A DNA stretch of 64,000 nucleotides from positions 22,698,152-22,762,151 of the forward strand of contig NC_068986.1 in the NCBI RefSeq assembly GCF_001194135.2. Reading direction: 5' to 3'. Positions 40,048-52,563 of the stretch are shown here, in pieces; position 1 is the stretch's first letter, and every line of letters begins with the position of its first letter. This stretch comes from Octopus bimaculoides (taxonomy: Eukaryota). The notes below the pieces were generated by a model. The model was not told where the DNA came from and made no database searches. It saw nothing but the letters and a program-made list of their open reading frames with translations. The position numbers were made by a program, and so were the translations under genes.

Positions 40048-41737
40048 GTTCACATGTATATACATATACCTATATACACACATTTACACACACACACATT
40101 TCTCTCAGTTTCCACCTATCAAACCCATTCACAAACCTTTGGGTGGCTCAGGACTTGAGCAGAAGACACTAGCCCAAGGTGCCATGCAGTGGGACTGAAC
40201 CCAGAACTCTATGGCTGGGAAGCAAACTTCTTACCATACAGCCACACCAGTGCCTATTTATTGATATTGATGATGATGATGATGAGGATAATGATGGTGA
40301 TGATGATATTAAATATTGATACGGATAAAAACTAAATATAGGAGAGAGAATGTAACAGAATTAAGGAAGGAAGGAAGGCCTCTGCTTTAGTTTACTCTCA
40401 TTATTTTTCTTTCTGATGATATCCTATCTTTCCATTCATTGTTTCTATCAATACATTAAGCATCACAGTCATCTTTGCTGTTGCCAATGCCACCACCAAC
40501 TGCTGTCATCATCCTCCTCCTCATCATCATCATTATTATCATCACCATCATCATTATCAACTCCCCCCATCATCATCACCATCGTCACCCTCCTCATCTT
40601 TGTTGTCATTGTTATTGTCATCATCATCATCAGCATCATCATCATCATCATCTATTTTGCCATGCTGCTATGTGTTGGACAGGTGCCACCGTATTTTGCC
40701 CTTCCTCACAATCCTTCGTCATCTGGTATACACAGAGCAGAAGAAGTAAGCTAACTAACTCTGTTGTTGTTGTGTATGTCTGATTAGCTATGGTTACTCA
40801 TGGATAAATAATCCATCAGAATTAAGGTTTGTTGTTGTTTAATCCTAGATCAGCCTTAACTTAAGAGACCTACGATTAAAAGCAATCCAGCTTTTCAATG
40901 TTAAAAATAAGATGACCATCACATCTTTTTTTTTTTCCAGGTTAGTAAATCCAATATATCTTTTGTTCTTTTGAAGAGAATAGGATGTGATTTGTAGGAT
41001 ATTTGGCTGCTACTTCAAACATGTTGAATGACTTTGTAGTGGTTCTTTTGTTGGTTCATAGACCAAAAATGTAATTTTTATGTTTGTGCTTTACCTAGAG
41101 TTTATCTTTGTCGTCATTTCACATCTATGTTCCATTGTGGTACGAATTGTTTTGTTTGACAGGATTTGATATGTCCAGGGACTGCATAGTTTACTGTGTC
41201 TACTTTGGCATGGTTTCTATGACTGCATACCCTTCCTAAAACTAACCCCTTTACAACCTGATAAATTAATCATGATAAATTAATTTTTTTACTGCTGCAC
41301 AAGTTAGTTGTTTGGGACAGACACTGACCAATTGTGCAAATCCAAACAACAACATCCACCTGAAGCGCATCTGAAAACTAAAAGTAGTGTCAGTTGCTGT
41401 GAAGAGATTGAACTGCTAACAATGTACTTTCAAGCTGCTCATTCTGTCAGCCTCATCTAGAACATGGGAAATTACTGTTTTGCTTTTGCCAGAGTAGAAC
41501 AGGTTTCTTGCTGTTGAAGAGTTTCAGAGCTTGTCTATATTTTTAGTGATAAAGTAAACAAGGAGAGGAAATATTTGTAGCCATGGCAATGAAAACCAGT
41601 TCACAGATTCAGCTTACCAAGAACTTTGCTTTCTGAATTATCAAAAAAAAAAAAAATTTTTTTAACATGTTATCATAAGATTCTTAACAGTTACATGAGG
41701 TAATGCAATAAATGGTCTGGATAAACTGCTTATTTAC

Positions 41738-41944
41738 CTGTGACAACTGAGCAAAGCATACTTCATGTAACTTGTTCCACCTGGAACCAGCAGTGGACTA
41801 TATAATTCTTCCAGAAGGGTCTCTGCCATGATCTCTGTCAAAGTTCGGGCAACTTCATCATTTCTGCCACCATCAAAGATTCCGAAAAGTCCATCTTCAC
41901 CATTTTTGTTAAATTTTGGTTTGTTCAGAATTGCTACACACAAT
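41738..41944 (-). CDS. PHLPP: PHLPP PP2C-like exon (LCVAILN...LFGIFDGGRNDEV...ALLSCHR)
   Basis: caaaag|A ... AG|gtaaat. Confidence 0.95.
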
Positions 41945-42535
41945 CTTTTGTGTTAAAAAAAAAAAAAAATTGCATAATTCTACTGAAAATACTCACTGAC
42001 AGATCCAGCCTCTCACATCTGTCCTACAATGTTATTGTAAATATAAACAATCACGTCATTGAAATATTGAAGCTACAAGATAATACGTGATCAATTCAAA
42101 AACAATGTGAATAAATAAACTATATGTTTCGTTTATGCATGGTTTATTCTGGATACACAAAATCTGTAATTCAAAATGATATCCACAATTTTTTGGAATG
42201 ATTTCTATTGTTGTTGCTTGAATCTGGTCTCTCTTGTCAATTTTAATACATCATTTCTCTCGCTGCACAAAACGTCGGGAATCAATCACACAAGAATCAC
42301 ATCAATGTATTGAGTAGGAGTTTGGAATAACACTCGTAAAACTTACACATGTGTATAGAGTGGAAGGAGAATAAACCCAATTAAAAAATAAATAAATAAA
42401 AGATCCTCTGCCCCCTACCACAAAGAAAAAGACTTACGTAAGTCCTGTCTTTGCAGATCAAGAAGTGAAGAAATTCAATAATCAAAATCTATAAATGTTC
42501 AATTTAGTTAGGCATAAAATCCTAATAAAACTTAC

Positions 42536-42670
42536 TTATTTCTCATCCCAGAAGTTTGTGAGAATCCACTCTGCCATGGGTTTGGCTTCTCAGCATCTGA
42601 GCTTTCTTCAGTTTGCTCTTGAGGCCGATTAGGCCCTCTCATATCAACAAGGCACACACGTTTCCTTTGC
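42536..42670 (-). CDS. PHLPP: PHLPP exon, LRR-PP2C junction (QRKRVCLVDM...PWQSGFSQTSGMRNK)
   Basis: ttttag|G ... AA|gtaagt; joins to give GMRNKLCV, as in PHLPP. Confidence 0.94.
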
Positions 42671-42885
42671 CTAAAAGTGTCAAGAAAGAAAATCGTTATA
42701 AAGCAAGGGCTGAGCAATTGAGAGATATAGTGAGGATAAACAATAAATTATAAAGATAGCAATTAATATGTTTCGTTTTTGGATTGGTTTGCAAGATTCT
42801 TTATGTGAGCTTGTGTGTTGAAGCATATTTTGTTGTGCCTGGGGAGAGTCATTCTCTTTTAGTGCCTTATTATTTAACACACTCA

Positions 42886-43256
42886 TGGAGGCGCAATGGC
42901 CCAGTGGTTAGGGCAGCGGACTCGCAGTCATAGGATCGCGGTTTCGATTCCCAGACTGAGCATTGTGAGTGTTTATTGAGCGAAAACACCTAAAGCTCCA
43001 CGAGGCTCCGGCAGGGGATGGTGGCTAACCCTGCTGTACTCTTCCACCACAACTTTCTCCTTGTTTCTGTTGTGCCTGTAATTCAAAGGGTCAGCCTTGT
43101 CACACTGTGTCACGCTGAATATCCCCGAGAACTACGTTAAAGGTACACGCGTCTGTGGAGTACTCAGCCATTTGCACGTTAATTTCACGAGCAGGCTGTT
43201 CCGTTGATCGGATCAACTGGAACCCTTGATGTCGTAAGCGACGGAGTGCCAACAAC
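42886..43256 (+). mobile_element. SINE family A
   Basis: 14-bp TSD ATTTAACACACTCA at 42872-42885 and 43257-43270. Confidence 0.92.
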
Positions 43257-43714
43257 ATTTAACACACTCACTGGTTTTGCACTCATTTACTTATTTATTT
43301 TTCTAAAATAGAGGAGATAAAATTTAATAAATGGAGTAATACGCATATGCTAAATGAATTCATTTTATTTCTGACACTTTCTCTCAGCAAAAGAGACCAA
43401 TGGTATAAGTACTAGGCCCACAAAATTAAGCCTAAAACACCTGTGGTGGTGCTCCAGCATGGCCACAGTCAAGTGACTGAAACAAGTAATAAAAAGTAAG
43501 AGGAAAAGAAGTAAGCCTCAGCAGTTTAACATGTAAAATGAATCTATTGTAATAATGATCCAAGGACACATTAAAAATAAACATCCGTAAAAATAGCTTT
43601 ATCCGATTCTCACAGCTTTTGTTAATTATTGGAGCTAATTACTTTTGTTAACTGTATTTCACTGTCGTTGAAATACTAGTCTCACAACTACTGCACTGGC
43701 CACGCTGCCAGTCA

Positions 43715-44170
43715 TACCACCACACCACACCACACCACACCACACCTTTTCTTTTACCACTTCCACCAGCACCGCAACCACCACCACTGCCGCCACCACC
43801 ACCACTAGAATGATGACAATGGTGACTATGATGACAACCACGACCACAAACCACGACCACAAACCCAACCATCACCACAATGGTTGCCACCACTACCACT
43901 GCTACCATCTGCACCACCACCAGTACCAGAACGAAGACACTGATAACAACTACCCCCACAGCCCCACCATCACCACAATGGTTACCTCTACTACCATGAC
44001 CACCACGACCACCACAATGATGATGATGAGGATGATGACCAACCACTGAAACCAGCACCAAACCACCATCATCACCACCAATAGCACCATTATCACAATC
44101 TCCATCATTACAATGATGATGATGATGATGATGACAACTACACTGCCGCTGCCACCACCACCACCACTGG
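43715..44170. repeat. Compound (CAC/CAT/GAT)n low-complexity tract
   Basis: Direct inspection; similar tract at 40490-40655. Confidence 0.9.
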
Positions 44171-44436
44171 CCATTTATTCAATATATCTAGGTACCCAGA
44201 GAGATTACAAAAGCTGCAAAATCTGTATTGAACTGATATGGAAGAGGCGAGGTTTCATGTGAAATAAGCCCTCCTTGCTGTTGACCTCTTAACAGAGACG
44301 AGTGAGGATTGTGAGAAATGTGCTACTCGGTGTAAGTAATTGTGGCTATGCATGAGGAAGCTAAAAGTGTCACCAGGATTAGCAATGAACCCAGTCTGGA
44401 ATAGGTGTACAACCGGGAGGCAATGATGTCCGTCCC

Positions 44437-44825
44437 AAATTTCAAACCTGGGTTCTTGTTCTTAAGGTATTTTTTGATGTTGTTATTATTATTATTCAGG
44501 TCACTGCCTGGAATCAAACTCAGATTCTTAGGGTTAGTAGCCTGCGCTCTTAACCACTATGCCCATGGGCATATGGCATAGTGGTTAAGAACGCAGGCTA
44601 CTAACCTCAAGAATCTGAGTTCGATTCCAGGCAGTGACCTGAATAATAATAATAATAACATCAACAACATCGAAAAATACCTTAGGAATGAGAACCCAGG
44701 TTTGAAATTTCCCCAAGACACCTGATGAAGGCTGGAGGGTATATCAGCCGAAACATTGTGTTAATAACAAACAAGATGAGGACAAATATCCGTCAATTGT
44801 AAATAATGTAAATAATGTACATAAT
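44437..44825 (+). mobile_element. Family D element with a head-to-head inverted partial copy (palindrome centred at 44565/44566)
   Basis: Same sequence as 7184-7410; left arm 44437-44564 is the reverse complement of the head and spacer. Confidence 0.85.
44717..44762 (+). ncRNA. Second hammerhead-like motif, stem III mutated (ACAU)
   Basis: GACAC-CUGAUGA-A-GGCUG...CAGCC-GAA-ACAU-U-GUGUU; the G>A change is consistent with CpG decay. Confidence 0.5.
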
Positions 44826-45185
44826 ATTGATTTCAAATTTTGGCACAAGGCCAGCAATTTCAGGGGAGCGGGTTGAAATCCCAGTGTTCAGCTGGTACTT
44901 ATTTTATTGACCCTAAAAAGATAAAAAGCAAAGTCAACCTCGGCAGAATTTGATCTCAGAACATGAGGACAGATGAAATGCTGTTAAGCTTTATGACCAA
45001 TGTGCTAATGATTTCTCCAGCTTGCTGCATTTGGATATAAACGATATTGGTTTCAAATTTTGGCACAAGGCTAGTAATTTTGAATAAGTCAATTATATTG
45101 ACCACAATGTTCAGCTGGTACTTATTTTATTGACTCCCAAAAGGCAAAGTTGACCTTGGTGGAATTTGAACTCAGAACATAAAGA

Positions 45186-45553
45186 GGCACAGGAGTGGCT
45201 GTGTGGTAAGAAGCTTGCTTACGAACCACATGGTTCCAGGTTCAATCCCACTGCGTGGCACCTTGGGCAAGTGTCTTCTACTGTAGCTTCGGGCTGACCA
45301 AGGCCTTTTGAATGGATTTGGTATACAGAAACTGAAAAAGCCTATATATGTGTGTGTGTGTCCCCACACCATCGCTTGACAACCGATGCTGGTGTGTTTA
45401 CATCCCCATAACCTAGTAGTTTGGCAAAAGATACTGATAGAAGAAGTATCAGGCTTACAAAGAATAAGTCCTGGGGTCAATTTCTTCGACTAAAAGGCAG
45501 TGCTCCAGCATGGCCGCAGTCAAATGACTGAAACAACTAAAAGAATAAAAGAA
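45186..45553 (+). mobile_element. tRNA-derived SINE family C (CORE-like CACCTTGGGCAAGTG, internal (TG)n), nested in a family E copy
   Basis: Other copies at about 16698-16860, 39800-39975(-), 40090-40255(-), 51410-51770 and 55612-56330. Confidence 0.8.
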
Positions 45554-47477
45554 TGGACAAAATTCTGCTAAGCATTTTGCCCACCATGCAAATGATTCTG
45601 TCAGCTCATTGTCTTTGGATACAAACAATATTGATATGAAACAATGAGCTTTTATGGTGATTCACCCCACCATCCCATAAAAATAAAATAAAAAATAATA
45701 AAAGAAAAAAGGAAGTCATGCTTATTATCCTTATTATTAGATAATAAGGCTAAAAATGCAAGGGGATTAACTGAATTTGTTGAAAATTTTATGCAAATCT
45801 GTTTAACTAATTTAGTAGCATTAAAAGAAAAAATTTTGAAAATACCCACATCCAATTTCTGTTGGTAACTTGAACACTAAATATTTATGTATATTAATGA
45901 TATTATATTGTAATGCATTTCAAGGGATTAACCATGTGACACTGGGATTAAAGTAAAAATTCAAGCGGCATAATAAGAATGCTTACTGAAACAGGATTAT
46001 AAGGATAGGTGTTTTATGAAATATGTGTTATGTATTTAAAAAAAAACGTGAGCACTAACACAGTATAGAGAGCTGAACGATTTTAAGTAAGGAAAATTGA
46101 TCCTTGTAGTGAAGAGAAAACATTGTATCCAAATGAATTTATGAACAAAAAAGATACATGAACAAAACTTGAATTTTAAATTAATTAAACCAATTAAAAA
46201 ATAGAATGCAGTAGAGATTGAGTGAAGCTCCAGGTAATAAGGGGACAACTTTGGACTGTTTTGATTCTGTTAGTCCTTGTTAGTGAAGTATAATTTAACC
46301 AATATAATGAGATTTTAGATGACTGGTGAGAATATGTTTTAATGAACATTGAGTGGTAAGGTATCTTAAAAGAATGACTGAAGGAAAAATACCATGGGAG
46401 GCCTGCTGTATGAGATACAAATAGTAAAGTGAGAACTAACATAATAGAGAGAGGCAAGATTTTTGATTAATCAAAACTACTCTTTTAGTGAGATGGGGAA
46501 AAAAAAAATCATTATCTTAATTATTAATTGTTATCAAGAAAGACAAGGGAGACAATCCAAAATATAAATTACAATTAAATGAAATTAGAATGTAATAGGG
46601 AATGAGTTTGATTTCTTGGTTCACGCACGATATCAGGTGCATTAGCACTCACTTTACTTGTTGTTTTCCCAGCAGCAGGTGTTCCTGGGTATTTTCCCAG
46701 AGATCATTCAGTGAAGTAAGTGGTTCGCAGCATTTTATAGCTCAGTGCTTCCTTTCATTGTCATTTTACAAATGTCCCACTCTCCATGCTTTAAAAAAAG
46801 CAGCAACAAAAACAAAAGAAAACAAAAAGCAAAAACAAAATTGTAGATTACTTTAAACAAACAGAAGCTAATTTTCTGTTGTGTTTTATTATTTTCCTAT
46901 GCTATCCCAGCCAGCATGTGTATTGTGTTTTTTTTTTATAGATATTTTGCATAGATCACTGTTTCCCCATGTTCAATTACTAAAGAAAGTAAGGACTTAT
47001 GTAGTAAAAATATACTGGAATTGGCACATCAACTGTCATATTTTTGCTTCCCTAATAAAACAATGTCCTTTCCTTTCACAATAATGAATCTGATCCAAGG
47101 TGGCAATAAATTAAGTATCAGTTATGTACTGGGGTCAATGTAATCGACTTAATCCCTTTGTCTGTCCTTGTTTGTCCCTTCTATGTTTAGCCCCTTGTGG
47201 GTAATAAAAAAATAAGAAACGTTAGCATGCTGGGCGAACTGTTTAGCGGTATTACGTCTGTCTTTATGTTCTGAGTTCAAATTCTGCTGAGGTTGACTTT
47301 ACCTTTCATCCTTGAGGGGTTGATAAATTAAGTACCAGTTGCATACTGGGGTTGGTCTAATCGACTAGCCACCTTCCCCAAAATTTCAGGCCTTGTGCCT
47401 AGGGTAGAAAAGAATAATGAATCTGATCCACTCATTATCTTCTGCTCTCTCTCTTCACTTTGCTTCTAAAACCATCT

Positions 47478-47580
47478 GCCTGCCTGCCTGCCTGCCTGCA
47501 TGCCTGCCTGCCTGCCTGCATGCCTGCCTGCATGCCTGCCTGCCTGCATGCCTGCCTGCCTTTCTGTTTGTCTGTCTGTC
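47478..47580. repeat. (CCTG/CATG)n microsatellite
   Basis: Direct inspection. Confidence 0.9.
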
Positions 47581-48292
47581 TCTCTCCTATTCTCCTTTCA
47601 GTCCTGAGGGCTGTTTAGGCTCTTTAGTCTTGCTAGTTGCAAGGTGGCCCTGCTAGTGTTGGTGTCACTGAAAAAAGTAACTACTATACTTTTATAATGT
47701 GGTTGGTATTAGGGAGCTTATGCAACTAAAGAAACCCTGCCAAAACTGAGACGTCAGAGCACAACAGGGTCCTTTGGCTCATCGGATCCTGTAAAACCAT
47801 CCAAAATATGTTAGCGTGGGAAGTGGACATAGAGTGATGATGATGATGATGATGACAACGATGATGACGACAATGATGATGACGATGACAATGTCGATGA
47901 TGACGATGATGATGATGATGTATCAGGTTTAAATATTTTATTTCTTGGGAAAGTCATGATTCCTCTAAGTGACCAGTACCTTCACAGTGTCCCTATGATA
48001 TCTGCAACTACATTGTGAGCTTAGAATGCCCTCAAGGCAATGCTTACTGTCCATGTTAAGAACCATTGGTTTGAATGAGCATATTCTGTGCTTACGAATA
48101 ATGGAAAAAATGTGAAATAGATCATTTTGTTCGAGAAGTGTAGCAATTTCGCACCCTGAATAAACAATGATACCAGCAGCTGTGAGTTTCAGGGATTAAT
48201 ACAATGCTCCTTTAATTGTTGGAGAGCAATTACTCATCAAAGATAATGATACTAATTAGAAGGTTTAGATGAGATAATGAAAAATGACTTAC

Positions 48293-48423
48293 GTGAGATC
48301 TTGCAATGCTGTTGTGTTGAAAGTGATGTTTGGGTTACCAGAAATATCCAAGAGATTAACATGAGAATTTACAAGATTGCTCATGGGGATGTCAAAGAGC
48401 TGATTAAAGCCAACTTCCAAAAC
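48293..48423 (-). CDS. PHLPP: PHLPP last LRR exon (VLEVGFNQL...LLDISGNPN...LQDLT)
   Basis: caccag|GTT ... AC|gtaagt. Confidence 0.95.
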
Positions 48424-49090
48424 CTGGTGAAGGAAAATGAAAAAGAATAATAAAGTAACAATTGCATAATTATCAAATCTAATCACTGAGGAAATTGTTG
48501 GAAATGGGAAAACATTTCTCTCAAATTATCCCCTGTCATCATGGAAAAGGAAAGGAGGTACAATCAATAATTTGTGTGTTTGCATCAGCCTTCATGATTA
48601 TGTATTTACTTTTATGTCATGTAACTTACTATGACTGGCCATAGCCAAAAGAAAAAAAAAGAAGCTAAACACTTAATGAAAAACTCCTTGAAGGCATGTG
48701 TAAGTTCAGGAGGATAACCTCTCTGAACATTTGCAGCAAAAAGAGCCCATTATTGCCAAATTTATGCAAAAGAATATTTAGAACTGAAAAACCATATTCC
48801 TGCTGCTTATGTTTAGGAGAACAATCAAGTGATGCCAATGTTTGAAATTTCGCTGCAGCCATCTTATATATATAAGTTTTTAAGATAAATTGTTTTAAAT
48901 TGGGGAAGAAGTGTGGTACCTGTGACCTTTTTGAATGGTTTCTGAGCAAGAAATCAAGACAACCTATTTGCAATGGTGTAAACTCTATTAAAAGAACCCA
49001 AACACCAGGTGGCGATACTAAACTGGGCAATGAATTAAACCAACTAACCCAAAATACATATTACGTTTGTAGGACTTTAATACAGGTTTT

Positions 49091-49474
49091 GGAGGCGCAA
49101 TGGCCCAGTGGTTAGGGCAGCGGACTCGCAGTCATAGGATTGCGGTTTCAATTCCCAGACCAGACGTTGTGAGTGTTTATTGAGCAAAAACACCTAAAGC
49201 TCCACGAGGCTCTGGCAGGGGATGGTGGCGAACATTGCTGTACTCTTTCACCACAACTTTCTCTCACTCTTACTTCCTGCTTCTGTTGTGCCTGTAATTC
49301 AAAGGGTCAGCCTTGTCACACTGTGTCACGCTGAATATCCCCAGGAACTACATTAAGGGTACACGTGTCTGTGGAGTGCTCAGCCACTTGCACGTTAATT
49401 TCACGAGCAGGCTGTTCCGTTGATCGGATCAACTGGAACCCTTGACGCCGTAAGCGACGGAGTGCCAACACAAA
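49091..49474 (+). mobile_element. SINE family A
   Basis: TSD AATACAGGTTTT at 49079-49090 and 49475-49486. Confidence 0.92.
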
Positions 49475-49698
49475 AATACAGGTTTTGCCTCTGTTGGGTC
49501 AACTTAAAACTATTGTAGAAGACACTTGCACAAGATGCTAAACAATAGACTCAAATACAAAATTAAATGAGCAGAAAGTGAAGTTATTAATCAGACAGTT
49601 ATGCCTGCACTCCTTCAAGATTTTATTTAAACATTGAAGTTTAGCTTGACAATACTTGCAGCATATAAAAAAAAAAGAAACAACAAAAAACCCTCTAC

Positions 49699-49861
49699 CT
49701 TCAGTTCTGTAGCCTCTTTGAAAGCTGGTAATTCTCGAATTCGATTACAATTTGCTCTCAAAATCTGCAGTTTTTTATGTCTACATAAAGATGATGGGAA
49801 ATGTGACAGATTGTTTGAAGAGATATTCAGTTCTTCAAGAGCTTCAAGCTTGGAAAGGGTG
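49699..49861 (-). CDS. PHLPP: PHLPP LRR exon (TLSKLEALEELNISSNNL...FKEATELK)
   Basis: ttacag|C ... AAG|gtagag. Confidence 0.95.
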
Positions 49862-50021
49862 CTGTAATAGAACATATTCTCTGTTAAGAAATTCATCATA
49901 TAAATATCTATACATGTGGGAGAAGTAATTTTTAATATGATTATAATTTTCAGGACCGTTAGTCTCTTTCTTCTTTGTTATGTATAATAATTACATCTAC
50001 CAGCTTTGATTGGTTTAATGT

Positions 50022-50635
50022 TTAACCCTTTCATTACCGTATTTATTTTGAGATGCTCCGTGTTACTTTCAATTAATTTTAAATATAACAAAGAATTTAG
50101 TAAAATAACTTAGTTATCATTAAGCAAGTGTTAGGAACATAAACTGTGACTAAGGTTTGGTGGAAGATTTTATGTGAAGACGCAGGCTGGAAAGTGGAGC
50201 ATTTTCCAATCGAAGTTGGATGTAGAGGGTTTGTAGGACAGAGTGTGAGACGACTGCTGTTATCATTAGGCCTAACTCATCGTAAGGTAAATACCACCAT
50301 GACTGATATCCGAAATACAGTGGAGAAGGCTAGCCACTGGATTTGGTTAAAAAGAGACGATGAACGATGGCTAGAGAAATATTGAGCTTTGTTTTTAATA
50401 ACCAGTTGATCTAGCAAGTGGTGAGGGGGGGACATTGATGCCGTCAAAAGGTAGGCCCCGAAACAGCGCGCATTTTCTCCTGATGACCCCATACACTTGC
50501 TGGCTTCCGGTATGTGGAGTTCTCGACTGGTAGCACTTGCATGTGCGAGTTGTTTGCAAGACATCTGATGAAAATAAGACATTCGTACTACAGAGCCAGA
50601 GGTGGTTTCAGCCAGGTTGGTATTGAAAGGGTTTA
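50022..50635. mobile_element. Second TTAA MITE family, split by the HERO-like insertion
   Basis: TTAACCCTTTC...GAAAGGGTTTA; related copies at 56792-57336 (split by family B) and about 11775-11972. Confidence 0.65.
50172..50580 (+). mobile_element. 3' fragment of an RLE-type non-LTR retrotransposon (HERO-like)
   Basis: CEDAGWKVEHFPIEVGCRGF...EKASHWIWLKR* resembles the restriction-like endonuclease C-terminus of HERO-type elements as recalled (not searched). Inserted in a TTAA MITE spanning 50022-50635. Confidence 0.75.
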
Positions 50636-51239
50636 TTGTCATCAATTGTTTTATTTCTGTTTGTGTACATAGACTGGATTTGAACAAAGAAACTTTAATT
50701 CTAAACAAAGAGTAATGACCTCTCATCCACTAGGCCACTTTAATTTAGAAATAAAAATTCCTGGTTCAAATCCAATGTGGAACTATTCATATATCAGTTC
50801 TATTTCCTACACAAAGGCAAAGCATACAATGCATGCATTATGAATGAATGCAAATAGAAAATTCTATTTTAATATAAATCTTACATATTAATATGAGACA
50901 GCTGGAAAGAGATTGCTTACAAGCTATATATACCCTACTTTTAATTATGTGGCTTTTATTTTTAAAATTGCCTTCTTTGGTCCAAGTGTCAGAAGTTAGT
51001 CTTGATGTATACTCAAGAATATGACCTCTGTTGACATCTGGAGATCAAACTAATTGAAATATAATACAGTTGTAAATATGGTAAATATACATTCTAATGA
51101 TGGGATTGTTCAGAAAATTATAATAAATGTTAGATAATAATTATATTTGCATAGGGCTGTAGTGGGGGTTCATCCTAACCCTTTGAATTCCTACTGCTGC
51201 CTGCCTACAGGCATGTATGTCCTCACACACACACATGTA

Positions 51240-51321
<82 letters not shown>

Positions 51322-51510
51322 CATGTATGTATAAGTGCAATACTTGCTTTATCTGTCTGTCTGTCTGTGTATATATATAAAACTATATGTATATATATAT
51401 ATATATATCCCACTGCATGGCACCTTGGACAAGTGTCCTCTACTATAGCCTCAGGCCGACCAGAGCCTTGTGAGTAGATTTGGTAGACGGAAACTGAAAG
51501 AAGCCCGTCG

Positions 51511-51551
<41 letters not shown>

Positions 51552-51561
51552 NNNNNNNNNN

Positions 51562-51594
<33 letters not shown>

Positions 51595-52007
51595 TCCCCT
51601 CAACATCGCTTGACAACTGATGCTGGTGTGTTTACATCCCCGTAACTTAGCGGTTCGGCAAAAGAGCCCAATAGAATAAGTACTAGGCTAACAAAGAATA
51701 AGTCCTGGGGTTGATTTGTTCAACTAAAGGCCGCAGTCGTATGGCTGAAACAAGTAAAAGAATAAAAGAATATATATATGTATGCATATACACACACATA
51801 TATATGCATATACATATATACAGTAATCCCTCACCATATTGTGGTTCATCTATCGTGGTCCACCTCTTGTGGTTTATTATTTAAGCTTACATCGATTCCT
51901 ATCATCCAGTTACTTTTATTCACATTCATATTTATTTATTTATTTATTTTTTAAAAGTAGATCATAAAGGAACTAAATATCACAAATAATCAATCAGAAT
52001 AACTTAC

Positions 52008-52205
52008 CTGTCAGGAATGTCTGTGAGGAAATTTTGAGCTAAGTGAAGTCTCTTGAGTCGAGGGAAATTACTGATGACAAGGAATACATCATCATGTAGT
52101 CTGTTAGCTGTCAGGAAGAGATGTTGTAATCTGTTCAATGATTCATTGCTGTTTGGACTTGGAAGATTCACCAGTACATTCTTTGACAGGTTCAAATATT
52201 TAAGT
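52008..52205 (-). CDS. PHLPP: PHLPP LRR exon (LKYLNLSKNVL...LHLAQNFLTDIPDS)
   Basis: tgccag|A ... AG|gtaagt. Confidence 0.95.
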
Positions 52206-52396
52206 CTGGCAATACAGAAATATGTTAAATTCAAATTACGATAAACGTAAACAAACAAACGAAGTTTGCTTTTAGAAGCGTTGAGATGTCTTAGAAAGTT
52301 AAAGAAGTGATTTTAAATTCTCAAATGCAGGATAATGCTAATATTATAGTCTGAACAGGATAAACTACCCCTAATTTTGCAGAAAAAAGTGTAGGC

Positions 52397-52471
52397 GGTT
52401 AGCTGTGGGACTCGAACTCACATCTCCGTGATTACGCGTCACGATGCTTTGACCGATTAAGCTAAACTCCC
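52397..52471 (-). tRNA. tRNA-Thr(CGT)-like pseudogene or SINE head
   Basis: D stem GCTT/AAGC, anticodon CGT at 52436-52434, TTCGAGT T-loop, T6 tract 9 nt downstream. Defects: two acceptor mismatches, one T-stem mismatch and G at position 33. Confidence 0.5.
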
Positions 52472-52563
52472 CCACTACAAATTCCTCTGCAAATTTAAGA
52501 TGTATAGAAATCTCGCTTTATAATATAATATGATATAATATAATATGATATAATATAATATAA

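Noticed and set aside
43648-44174. His/Thr/Val-rich ORFs here and at 40416-40783, 51141-51477 and 55735-56202
   Set aside because: They are translations of tri-, di- and tetranucleotide microsatellites.
50455-50490. GAAAC...CTGATGA in the HERO-like 3' UTR as a type II/III hammerhead
   Set aside because: The flanks do not form stem II (CCCC versus CCCA), and there is no stem III/NUH triplet.
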